DNA of 64,000 nt from Octopus sinensis (GCF_006345805.1 NC_043003.1:105338001-105402000); one strand, 5' to 3'. Positions 50,636-62,637 are shown, numbered from the stretch's first letter. The notes: generated by a model not told the origin, from the letters alone. Numbers and translations: made by a program.

Positions 50636-50828
50636 TTAACAAACATTTAGATATTTATCATCATCATCATTTAATGTCTATTTTCTCTGCTGGCATGTGT
50701 TGGACAGTTTGATAGGAGCTCAGAGCTGCAGCGGATTCCCATTTGTTTTGGCATAGTTTATATATTACTGGATGCATTTTACACGGCACCAGCACCTAAT
50801 GTCTATATAAGAAATCTGAACATAACAT

Positions 50829-51161
50829 GGGCGCAGGAGTGGCTGTGTGGTAAGTAGCTTGCTAACCAACCACATGGTTCCGGGTTCAGTCCCACTGCGT
50901 GGCATCTTGGGCAAGTGTCTTCTGCTATAGCCCCAGGCCAACCAATGCCTTATGAGTGGATTTGGTAGATGGAAACTGAAAGAAGCCTGTCGTATGTATG
51001 TGTGTGTGTGCCTGTCACTTAGCGTCCCCGTCATTTAGCGGTTCGGCAAAAGAGACCGATAGAATAAGTACTGGGCTTACAAAGAATAAGTCCCGGGGTC
51101 AATTTGCTCGACTAAAGGCAGTGCCGCAGTCAAATGACTGAAACAAGTAAAAGAGTAAAGA
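50829..51161 (+). mobile_element. SINE family A
   Basis: Family consensus match, inverted relative to the copy at 50256-50580. Confidence 0.9.
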
Positions 51162-51361
51162 GTATAACTCAAGAATTAGAAACTGTTTTATTAGCTGCTA
51201 CATCTATATAGACAGAACTGTAGCTCATAACCGATGGTTCTAGTGTGAAACATGTCCTAGAAGTCTGAGTTGAAGGGAAACCTAAAGTTTTATTAGTTCT
51301 TGGTTTAGCAAAATCTATAACTGGAACATTAGGAGGTCTAAAGCTCTGCTTTACTGCTCAC

Positions 51362-51415
51362 CTGGTCCTGTTGTGTAATGGTCTTCTTTTTCCTTTTACA
51401 TCCCAAACCTCTAAA
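51362..51415 (-). CDS. Candidate 54-nt exon of the minus-strand gene
   Basis: Strong cattattttccccag| acceptor and CAG|gtgagc donor. Two frames are open, so the reading frame is uncertain. Confidence 0.4.
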
Positions 51416-51804
51416 CTGGGGAAAATAATGAAGTTACTATGACTTTTCAGTTTAACTCCTGTCAAAAACTTCATCCCTTTACAGGTATACAATGATTAAA
51501 TCATCCTAACAAGATTCACTTCTCTCTTTTTTTCCATAAATGCTATTAACTCTAGCTCAAAATCATATATATATATATATATATATATACAGGAAAGTAG
51601 AGGGAAACAGTTTAACACATTGAGGGCCATTTGTACAATATATGTATACACCACACTTTACAAATGTGCCACATATATTGAAAAATGAACTGCATACAAC
51701 TGAAATACTATGTGAATTTGAAAGAAAACAGGTATGGCACATGGGACCGATCTACGTATTTGCCCTTGGCACTCAATGTGTTCACAGAACCAACTCTACT
51801 TACC

Positions 51805-52177
51805 TATTTCTTTACTACCCACAATGGGCTAAACACAGGACAGACAAACGGATTAAGTCGATTATATCGACCCTAGTGCATAACTGGTAATTAATTTATC
51901 GACCCTGAAAGGATGAAAGGCAAAGTTGAACTCAGAACGTAACGGCAGACGAAATACCTAATTCTTTACTGCCCACAAGGGGCTAAACACAGAGAGGATA
52001 AACAAGGACAGACAAACGGATTTAAGTCGATTATATTGACCCCAGTGCGTAACTGGTACTTAATTTATTGACCCTGAAAGGATGAAAGGCAAAGTTGAAC
52101 TCAGAACGTAACAGCAGACGGAATACAGCTACGCACTTCGCCTGGCGTGCTAACGGTTCTGCCAGCTCGCCGCCTTC
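51805..52177 (-). mobile_element. SINE family C (internally duplicated) with 16-bp TSD
   Basis: ACCAACTCTACTTACC at 51789-51804 and 52178-52193. Confidence 0.88.
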
Positions 52178-52192
52178 ACCAACTCTACTTAC

Positions 52193-52283
52193 CATTTCTC
52201 TGCTGTATTTGTATTAGTACTGGTTGCAAACGTTTGATAGATTGAATAATTTCCAGAAATAATGCCCAATTATTTATTTCAAA
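52193..52283 (-). CDS. Candidate internal exon of the minus-strand gene (FEINNWALFLEIIQSIKRLQPVLIQIQQRN)
   Basis: tttacttcag| acceptor and strong ATG|gtaagt donor. 91 nt, only frame 0 is open. Confidence 0.4.
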
Positions 52284-53393
52284 CTGAAGTAAAGTCATCA
52301 ATACAAAATTATTTTTAAAAGTGTTTCAAACAAAGTTTATGAGCATTCATTAAATTCTTAGATAGTATTTGGGCCACAACATAAGCATTTGTGCGTTTGT
52401 GTGCTGAAGACAAATATGGGATTATTTGATCCATGATGTGAACAAAAAATTTTTTAAGTGTCAATATAGTTTCTAATGTAAGACAACTGGAGAGTCAAAT
52501 TTTAAAACTTCAGATATATTGGTGCAAAGGAGAATTGTATGTTTTGGTTTATTTTCTTTTTCTTTTTTTTCCATAAATTTTAATCCTTTTCCAATGTTAT
52601 TCAAATTAACATGTAAAATATTTTTATTATAGTTGTTTATGGTTTTTTTTTTTTTTTCATTTTTGTAGTTCTGTTTTTCCTTTATAACTTTCTGTTGTTT
52701 TTCTTGAAATTTGAATAATATAATTTTTGCTTCTTTTCCAATATATGACAATGGGGTGTCAAATAGAAAAAAGTGAAGGAATTTATCTGACGACCCCAAA
52801 ATTCACAAATTTTGTGGACATGGTGTCTTTTAAACACTAATTACTATGACATTTAGATGTAATTAATTTTTACCTGCTGAATTTATGTTAAATTTTGTAA
52901 TTGTTTGTATTTTATTATATTAGGTGAATTAATAAAGATTATATATTTTGGGGTTTTTAACTTTATTTTCATAGTGGCAGGTTTGCAAAAACATTAGCAC
53001 ATCGGACAAAATGCTTAGTGACAATTCTTCTGGCTCTTTATGCACTGAGTTCAAATCCTGTTAGCAGTCTACTTTGCCTTTTATTTTTTCGGGGTTGTTA
53101 AAATAAGGTCCCACTCAAGTACTGGGAGTCGATGTAACTAATTTGTCCCCTCCATTCACAATTGCAGGCTTTGAACCCTGTGCTGGATCAGCATCCCATT
53201 CAAGGGCCATGTTGGGATCTCTGTCATTTATACACCATGGAAACCTGGTAACTGGTGTAATGAGTCCTGGGGCACAAAAAATAAAAATGATCCCCACAAG
53301 CAAACATCTGTTTTCCATGCTGGCATGAGTTGGACAGTTTGGTAGGGCTGGCAGGCCAGACGACTGCACCAGAATTTATTTGTTTAGGCAATA

Positions 53394-53567
53394 CAATAAT
53401 CCCTTATGTCCCCAGACCTCCCACAGAAATAATTAAAATCTAAAACAATATAAATACCCATTGGCTGCAGAAACCCATGAAATACTGAGGAGTCCACAAT
53501 AAAAATTTACATATATTAGCCAGAAAAATCTGCGATAGGTGAACCGCGATATGGCAAGGGATTACTA
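53394..53567. mobile_element. Tigger/pogo-like MITE remnant
   Basis: TA-flanked ends CAATAATCCCT... / ...GAACCGCGATATGGCAAGGGATTACTA. Confidence 0.45.
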
Positions 53568-54359
53568 TATATAAATATATATTTCCATCTACGTATGTGT
53601 TTGTCTCCCACTACAGCTTGACAACCAAAGTTGATGTGTTTACATCCCTGTAACTTAGCAGTTCAGTGAAAAAGCCTGATAGAATAAGTACCAGGCTTAA
53701 AAAAATGACTAGGGAAGAAATTCATTCAGGTAAAATTCCCCAAGGTAGCACCCCAGCATGACCACACTGCCAGATCAGATTGGAGCCTGGTGCAGCCTTC
53801 TGGCTCACCAGTCCTCAGTCAAACCATCCAACCCATGCCAGCATGGAAAGCATGGAAACAACGATGATGATGAGGAAAATACATTTTCTATCCATTGATT
53901 ATCATTTATCATCATGTGTCTTACTTGTGAATGTATGAATAGAACCGAAATACAGTTCTATATTTAAGAGATGAGGAATTATTTACATTATTAAAATTTG
54001 ACGGATATTTGTCCTCATCTTGTTTGTTGTCAACACAATGTTTCGTCTGATATACCCTCCAGCTTTCATCAGGTGTCTCGGGGGAATTTCGAACCTAACC
54101 CCAAGCTTCCGAGTTCAATTCCAGGCAGTGACCTGAATAATAATAATAATAACAGGAATGAGAACCCAGTTTTGAAATTTACCCCAAGATACCTGATGAA
54201 GGCTGGAGGGTATATCATCCGAAACGTGTTAATAACAAACAAGATGAGGACAAATATCTGTCAAATGTAAATAGTACTGGAATGGATTCAAACCAGAAAC
54301 CTTTATTTCTAAACTTCATAAGAATAACAACATTATCATCTTCCCGATACTATTTTTAC

Positions 54360-54450
54360 CCCCTTCTAAATTTTTCTTAAGCCCTAGTAAGGGCTCATAT
54401 GGTTGGTTTATCCATTTTCCATAACATTTTCCGATATCACAATATTCTCC
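54360..54450 (-). CDS. Candidate internal exon of the minus-strand gene (GEYCDIGKCYGKWINQPYEPLLGLKKNLEG)
   Basis: cccattcag| acceptor and G|gtaaaa donor. 91 nt, only frame 0 is open, and it is phase-compatible with the 56884 donor. Confidence 0.35.
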
Positions 54451-54882
54451 CTGAATGGGATATCAGTCTGTTGCAGGGTTCCAGGCCAGCAATTTTTGAG
54501 AGGAGAGGCAAGTTGCTTAACATTGACTGGTACTTTATCCTGAGGGATGAAAGACAAGTTGACCTTACTGGAGTTTGAACTCAGAATGTAAAGAGCTAAA
54601 AGAAATGTTGCTAAGCATTTTGTCAGACTTGGAAATGATTCTGCTAATTCCATTCACCACTACACATTTAGTGAAGGCCCATAGCTTAGCGGTCCTGGTG
54701 CTCAGCTTACGATCACAAGGCTGGGATTTCAATTCCTAGCAACACCTGGTGCCCTTGAGCAAGATGTTTTATTTCATGTTGCTGCTGTCCACTCAATGGC
54801 AAAAATAAGTAGTACCTGTATTTCAAAGGGCCTGTCTTGTTACATTCTGTCTCATGCTGAATCTCCTTTAAAACTACATTAA

Positions 54883-55103
54883 CCCTTTCGTTACCAACCC
54901 GGCTGAAACCAGCTCTGGCTCTGAGTACAAATGCCTTGTTTTCTAAAGTTCTGAATTAAAATCTTCCATCAAACCTTAATCACAATTTCTGTTCCTAACA
55001 CTAGCTGAATGATAACTAAGTTATTTTACTAAATTCTTTGTTATATTTAAAATTAATTGAAAGAAACACAGAACACCACAATAGAAATACGGTAATGAAA
55101 GGG
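54883..55103 (-). mobile_element. piggyBac-type MITE (TTAA target)
   Basis: TTAA|CCCTTTCGTTACC ... GGTAATGAAAGGG|TTAA. Confidence 0.85.
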
Positions 55104-55248
55104 TTAAGGGTACACATGTCTGTGGAGTGCTCAGCCACTTGCACATTCATTTTCCAAGCAGTCTGTTCCATCACTTGGATTAATTGGAACCCTTGCCATA
55201 AATGATGGAATGTCATTTTATATGCACATTGATGTACCACATGATTAA

Positions 55249-55471
55249 CCCTTTTGTTACCATATTTATCTGTTGAGATGCTCTGTGTTTCTTTCAATTA
55301 CTTTAAACATAACAAAGAATTTAGTAAAATAACTTAGTTATCATTCAGCTAGTGTTAGGAACATAAATTGTGACTAAGGTTTGATGGAAGATTTTAATTC
55401 AAAACTTATGAAAACAAGACATTTGTACTACAAAGCCAGAGGTGGTTTCAGCCGGGTTGGTAACAAAAGGG
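55249..55471 (+). mobile_element. piggyBac-type MITE, inverted relative to 54883-55103
   Basis: TTAA|CCCTTTTGTTACC ... GGTAACAAAAGGG|TTAA. Confidence 0.85.
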
Positions 55472-55773
55472 TTAAGGACCAGTTCTGATATGATTACATT
55501 AACACGATTAAAATGAACCCTGTACTCAACTGGTATTTCACTTTACCCGGGATAAATGGAAGTTAAAGTTATTCTTAATAGATTTGGAACCCTGTACGCA
55601 AGTGTAGCTACGTGGTATGAAGTTTGCTTTCCAACCACATGGTTCCAGGTTCAGTCCCACTGCATGGCAAATTGAGCTAGTGCCTTCTTCTACAGCCTTG
55701 AGCCAATCAAAACCTTGTGAGTGGATTTGATAGATAGAAACTGAAAGAAGCCCATTATATATATACACATATA

Positions 55774-56313
55774 CGAGGGTGAGTCAAAAAGTAATGCCAC
55801 TTTGTTTAGGACAGGTATAATTACCAACACAGGAACATGTATCATACATCAAAATGAAGCTGGTCCTCTGTGGATCACATCCCTACTTCTCAACATTGTC
55901 ACCGTTTCTCTCAATAGCAATGTTCCACCTTCGAATGAGAGCATGTATCCCTGCCCGGTAAAATTCTGTTGACTGTTCTTTGAGCCACTTCTTCACTACA
56001 GTTTCACTTCCTCGTCACTGCTTGCCTCTCAAACCCTCTTTCATGAGGCCGAAGAGATGTTAGTCCAGTGACAAGGAAGTGAAAACTGTAGTGAAGAAGT
56101 GGCTCAAAGAACAGTCAACAGAATTTTCCGGGGCAGGGATACATGCTTTCATTCAAAGGTGAAACATTGTTATTGAAAGAAATGGTGACTATGTTGAGAA
56201 GTAGGGATGTGATCCACAGAGGATCAGCTTCACTTTGATGTATGATACACGTTCCTGTGTTGGGAATTATACCTGTCCTAAACAAAATGGCATTACTTTT
56301 TGACTCACCCTCA
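55774..56313. mobile_element. Palindromic mariner MITE built from two inverted 3' ends
   Basis: Arms of about 247 bp (55774-56020 and 56066-56313) with a 45-nt spacer and TA flanks. The arms encode the mariner C-terminus (...NGDYVEK*). Confidence 0.88.
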
Positions 56314-56856
56314 TACACACATATATATATCATTGTTTAAACATCCGTTTTCCATACTGGCATGGATTGGATGGTTTGACTGAGGACTGGCAAGCCAGTA
56401 GGCTGCACCAGACTCCAATCTGATCTTGTATATATTTATGTGTGTACGCCTTTGTTTGTTCCCCCGACAAAGACATACATACACATGACAACCTTCTTTC
56501 CATTTACCAAATCCACTCACAAGGCTTTGGTTGGCCCAGAGATATAGTAGAAGACATTTGCCCAAGGTGCCACACAGTGCAATTGAACCTGGAACTATGG
56601 GGTTGGGAAATAAACTTCTTGCCACACAACCACACCTGTACCTGTATGATGATGAATATATATATTTTTTTATTTCTTGCATCAACACCTTGGAATATTT
56701 TCAGTGGTGTGCCAATTTAGTACAGATCTAAATATTAATAAAGAATTTATTCAAACAGAATAGCAACCTAAAAGACTTCTAAGGCCTGTGCTAAGGACCA
56801 AATCCTCAATGTGTGGATCGAATCCTGATATTTGATTTACAATTCAAAGTTTGAAC

Positions 56857-57519
56857 TCATTCAACTTTAGTTTGATCGGTTACCGTTTCTTCCATAGTTT
56901 CTCTCTCTTCCTCTTCATTTCCATTGGAAAGATTCTTCAATTTACGCATCTTTTGAATCTGCAGTTGTTTCTTTTTCTTAATCTCTTTCCATTTTTCTAT
57001 GGCAACATTCCTTCTTGCAGAAAAATTATTCTTCCAAATCGTGTGTTGTTCTTCTGTTTCACTGATTTCTTTCCTCAGCTGCTTCACACGATTTTCCCAC
57101 TCATCATCTTGGAATAGTGGGCTTTTTTTCCCACTCTTGTCATTTTTGTTGTTATTGCCGATTGTGTCATAAAGGTAGGACAAATCATCATCCTCTTCCT
57201 CTGTTCTCACTTTATCATCAGGTGTATCTTCCAAAAGGGTTTTAATGTCATTGCCATTGTTGATATTGCTGTTGTGGTTATTATTATTTATGCTGTTATT
57301 ACCATTGTTATTGTTGTTATTGTCACTGTTAGTTAAATTACCTTCATCCTCCTGTTGAATTTCATCTCCATCCTCTGTTCTTCCACCACCTTCAACACCC
57401 AAGTCTTTTCCCTTGACATCACTGCTGTCATCATCATCATCCTCATCTTGAATTAATCCATTATCTTTATGGTCCATATTTGACCCTGACTCTGGAGATA
57501 CATCATTCATTTCTGCCAT
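56857..57519 (-). CDS. First coding exon (or short gene) of an uncharacterised protein: acidic/Asn-rich disordered N-terminus plus predicted coiled coil
   Basis: 220-aa non-repeat ORF with poly-D/poly-N tracts, then helical WENRVKQLRKEISETEEQH...KWKEIKKKKQLQIQKMRKLK. There is a possible phase-0 donor ACG|gtaacc at 56884/56883 and a possible upstream acceptor near 57655. Confidence 0.6.
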   Translation of the reverse strand: MAEMNDVSPESGSNMDHKDNGLIQDEDDDDDSSDVKGKDLGVEGGGRTEDGDEIQQEDEGNLTNSDNNNNNNGNNSINNNNHNSNINNGNDIKTLLEDTPDDKVRTEEEDDDLSYLYDTIGNNNKNDKSGKKSPLFQDDEWENRVKQLRKEISETEEQHTIWKNNFSARRNVAIEKWKEIKKKKQLQIQKMRKLKNLSNGNEEEERETMEETVTDQTKVE

Positions 57520-57947
57520 AATTGAAATTAAATCTGTTTTATTCTATTTCTGTTATGAATCATACATATATGTGTGTGTGTGTTGCTTTGTGTTGGGCAA
57601 ACGAGAGAGAGTGCTTGGCAAATGTTGCAGAGGATATGTTTGTCTTATTGAAACTGGAAATGAAAGTATTCTTGTGATTTGAGTGTCAGACTGCTTTGGT
57701 TTTCAGACAAAATATTATATATATATATACCTGCTCACTTGATATATTTCAAATAGCAATAAAAAAATATAAAAAGGTTTTTGTAGACATCAAGTATTTT
57801 ATAGTGTTTGTTTTAAATGGATGATGACCTGGCAAAACCTGAAATTAAAAAGAAAGAAAAACCTTATTAGCAAGGAATGTATATAGGGATTAATTTAATT
57901 TATTGGTAGTCTTGAGAAAAAGGATGAATGATTTATGAAAGAAAATA

Positions 57948-58483
57948 TTGACTTGTCCGAAAAGTTCATGCCGATTTTTAAAGGAAAGAAAAAGGTCAAT
58001 AAATACTTGCCGTTCCATTTTTAATCAACCAAATATGAAACGTTTTGTTGCACAATGCGTCTCCATCTTTCCTTTAACTTGAAAATACCCTCTTCCCAGA
58101 AATGAGGTGGTTTTATGGCAAAGAATTCATCAAGGGATTGAATTTTTTACCATTAAGAATATTCTGCAGAGACCTGAATAAGTGGAAATCCGAAGGAGCA
58201 ATATCTGGTGAATATAGAGGGTGGGTAACACATCCCAAATGAGCTGCAGCAATTTTTGCCTAAAACATCAAGTGCTGAAAATGAACTTTCTTATTTTCCA
58301 TTTTAAAGGGTTACAGAATTAACACAGGTTATAGGAACATAAACCTTCTTCCACGAAAAGATAGCTTAAACTGTGCTCTAAATGGAGGTGTAGTCAAATC
58401 CTATTTTATGGACTCAACCATGTTCTAAAATAAGTCGAAAGGTAAGCTACTATAAATCGGCACAAACTTTCCTGACAACCCAA
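57948..58483 (-). mobile_element. Second copy of the same internally deleted mariner
   Basis: Colinear with 8370-8912, with the same deletion junction and TA flanks. Confidence 0.9.
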
Positions 58484-58523
58484 TATTAAACAGTAATGAA
58501 ATAATGTTTCAAAATAGGTATAG

Positions 58524-58880
58524 ACATGGCTGTGTGGTTAAGAAGCTAGCTTTGCAACCACATTGATTCAGGTTCAGTCCTACTGTGTGGCACTTTGGCC
58601 AAGTGTCTTCTATTATAGCCCCAAGCTGACCAATGTCTTGCAAGTAAATTTGGCAGATGGAGATTGTGTGAAAATCTTTCATATATATATGTGTGTGTGT
58701 GTGTGTGTGTTTGTCCACTATGGCTTGATAGCCAGTATTGGTTTGTTCATGTCCCCAGTTTGGCTAAAGGGACCGATAAAATAAGTACCAAACTAATAAA
58801 ACAAGTACTGGGGTAAATTTGTCTGATTAAAACTAAAAAAGGTAGTGCCCCAGCATGGCCACAATCCAATAACAGATAAA
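58524..58880 (+). mobile_element. Diverged SINE family A
   Basis: Degenerate consensus match. Confidence 0.7.
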
Positions 58881-58994
58881 AGGTAATATTTCTTGTTCTT
58901 GTGCCATTGAACAACTTCTGGTGACTTCCTTCGCAAACCCTGTGTCCAGACGATGGAATCCTTGCGAGAGGATGCAAAGATGGTTTCATGTTAT

Positions 58995-59460
58995 CATCAT
59001 CACCATTGTTTAATGTCCGTTTTCCATGCTGGCATGGGTTGGACAGTTTGACTGGGGTCTGGGAAGCCAGAAGGCTGTACCAGGCTCCAGTCTGATCTGG
59101 CAGAGTTTCTACAGCTGGATGCCCTTCCTAACGCTAACCACTCCAAGAGTGTAGTGGGTGCTTTTACGTACCACCAGCACAGGGGCCAGAGGGGGCTGGC
59201 ATCGACCATGATTGGATGGTATTTTTACATGCCGCCGGCACGGAAGCCAGTCAAGGCGGCGCTGGCATCGGCCATGTTCAGATGGTGCTTTTTACGTGCC
59301 ACCAGCACAGGGGCCGGAGGAGACTGGCATCGACCATGATTGGATAGTGTTTTTACGTGCCACCGGCACGGAAGCCAGTCAAGGCAGCACTGGCATCGGC
59401 CATGTTCAGATGGTGCTTTTTACGTGCCACCAGCATGGGGTTCACAACTACAATTTGCAT
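58995..59460 (-). mobile_element. RTE 3' UTR copy with about 5 VNTR units
   Basis: Repeated gatggtgcttttacgtgccaccggcac units. Confidence 0.8.
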
Positions 59461-59624
59461 TTCTATTTACAAAACGCTATGTTGTTGGTTCATTACCGAC
59501 AAGATCACCACATGTGTCTAGTAATTCAGAATTTAAAGAAGCAGGACAAACCAACAATGCATTTTGTCCTATTCTCTAGCAACATTCACTACATGTTCCT
59601 TTTTATCAATGTTACAAGCTTGTT

Positions 59625-59858
59625 TTAGCCTTCAAATGATGCCACCCTGCTGGCTAAGCGAGCTGGCCAACAGAAGAGTGAGTGAGAGAAAGTTGTGGCG
59701 AAAGAGTACAGCAGGGATTGCCACCACTCCCTGCCGGAGCCTCATGGAGGTTTAGGTGTTTTTGCTCAATAAACACGCCCAACACCCAGCCTGGTAATCG
59801 AAACCGCGATCCTACGACCGCGACTCCGCTGCCCTAACCACTGGGCCATTGCGCCTCC
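59625..59858 (-). mobile_element. SINE family D (related copies at 60870-61150 and 1545-1760)
   Basis: Reverse complement of the 61587 copy. Confidence 0.85.
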
Positions 59859-60151
59859 ACACATATTGTTACAATGTTACAAGCACCAACAGGACTGCTA
59901 TAAACAGCAGCCAAATCTTCAAATCATATCCTGTTGTATTTAAAAAAGACAACAGGATATGAGTGGATAATGCAGGTTTAATTATATTGTTTGGGACAGG
60001 AAGAGTCATGGCTGGAATTCATTTGATCAGAGACCTGCTCATTCATTGCTGAACTGAGGTTAAATAACTAAGGCCCCATTCGAGGAGAGGGGGCCAATCT
60101 AATTAATTGTTTCATCTCATTATTTATGGTCTTGTGCTTAATTTAGGAATA

Positions 60152-60530
60152 TACTCTTTTACTTGTTTCAGTCATTTGACTGCGGCCATGCTGGAGCACC
60201 GCCTTTAGTCGAGCAACTAGACCCAAGGACTTATTCTTTGTAAGCCCAGTACTTATTCTACCAGTCTCTTTTGCCGAACCGCTAAGTGACGGGGACATAA
60301 ACACACCAGCATCGGTTGTCAAGCAATGCTAGGGGGACAAACACATGCACACATATATATATATACATATATACGACGGGCTTCTTTCAGTTTCCGTCTA
60401 CCAAATCCACTCACAAGGCATTGGTCGGCCTGGGGCTATAGTAGAAGACACTTGCCCAAGATGCCACGCAGTGGGACTGAACCTTGAACCATGTGGTTGG
60501 TTAGCAAGCTACTTACCACACAGCCACTCC
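60152..60530 (-). mobile_element. SINE family A
   Basis: Family consensus match. Confidence 0.9.
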
Positions 60531-61482
60531 ACTGTTCATCTTGTATCTTTTTCTCGGCTACCCTTGCCCACCCTTGTTTAATGAGGGGTTGACCTCCAGT
60601 TTTTTATACCCTGTTGAACCACACAATCCATTGTAGCATGGAAAGTAGACATAGTGGGATGATGATGATGTGTGTGTGTGTCATCATCATTGTCTGCTTT
60701 CTTGCTGGCATGGGGTGGACGGTTTGACTGAGGAGTGGCGAGCTAGAAGGCTGCACCAGGCTCCAGTCTTGATCTGGCAAAGTTTCTACAGCTGGATATC
60801 CTCCCTAACACCAACCACTCCATCGGTTACAACGATGATGGTTCCAGTTGATCCGATCAATGGAACAGCCTACTCGTGAAATTAACATGCAAGTGGCTGA
60901 GTACTCCTCAGACACATGTACCCTTAACATATTTCTCAGGGAGATTCAGTGTGACAAGGCCGGCCCCTTTTGAATTACAGGTACAGCAGAAAAAGGGAGA
61001 AGGAGTGAGAGAAAGTTGTGTTGAAAGAATACAGCAGGGTTTGCCACCAGCCCCTGCCGGTGTTAAAAACTGACAACACCCAGTCTGGGAATTGAAGCCA
61101 CGATCCCATGACTGCGAGTCCACTGCCCTAACTACTGGTCCATTGTGCCTCTACAAAAGAATATATATATATATGTGTGTGTGTGTGTATTGTATAAAGG
61201 GTTGTGGGTAAGGCCAAAATAATGCAAAGTAAATGCAATGTAAATCACAAGAAAACAAATATGTGAATTAACATAGATTTACCTTGTATTCAATATTTCG
61301 GGGTTATGACCCCATTTTCAAGAAATAGATGATATATTGAAAACAAGGTAAATCTACATTAATTCACATAATTGCTTTCTTGTGATCTACCTTGTATTTA
61401 CTTCACATTGTTTTGGCCTTACCCACAATCCTTTATACAATATATTCTACACAATGCTTCATAGTAATTATTCCATTATACA

Positions 61483-61890
<408 letters not shown>

Positions 61891-62305
61891 TCACATGATA
61901 TATATATATATATAAATACACACACACTACTGTACAGATGTTTTCATAATGGACACATTATAAGCTCATGCAATAAGCAGCCATCACTTTCTTAGCAGTT
62001 GAAATTTAAATAAATGTTGCTTATTGCTTGAACTTACAATAAGCACATTATAGAAACGTTTGAACAGTTGTAGTAGTATCAATAGATCTTTTACAGCAAG
62101 ATATTGCTCAGTAGATATTTCTAAATTAAGTAAATAGCTTTTTCATAATTCACATTAAAAAAAAAAATGTTGAAACACATTATTCATTAAAATTGTAATA
62201 TATAATACAGACAGAGTCAACGACTATTATTTCTAGCAATGTAGGGGATCTCCAGCCAACCAGGAGGGACAGCAGTTCTGAGAAGGGAAAAAATGACTTG
62301 GAATG

Positions 62306-62342
<37 letters not shown>

Positions 62343-62589
62343 CAACAATTGAGGGCAAAATTAATTAATTATTAATCAATTTCACCAAGTGTTCAGTATG
62401 CAAAGGGACCATTCAAGGCGAATTCAAATTATTACATTATATAAAAGGGCTTAGTAAAATAAATTAAGCAAACACTATATATGAGAGAGATTTTCTTTAA
62501 GTATTAGAAATAGCTTTAAAAAAGTTTTTTAGCTGCTATTTCTAATGAGTTCAGTATGCGGCAAAGTAATTTATTTTACTAAGCCCTTT

Positions 62590-62635
<46 letters not shown>

Positions 62636-62637
<2 letters not shown>

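Noticed and set aside
52473-52799. 108-aa Lys/Asn-rich ORF
   Set aside because: It is A-rich low-complexity sequence with a homopolymer run and a weak acceptor. It cannot be supported as coding.
59780-59858. tRNA-like sequences at SINE heads (also 61587, 5443, 25657)
   Set aside because: A/B boxes are present, but there is no complete cloverleaf and they run into repeat bodies. These are SINEs, not tRNA genes.
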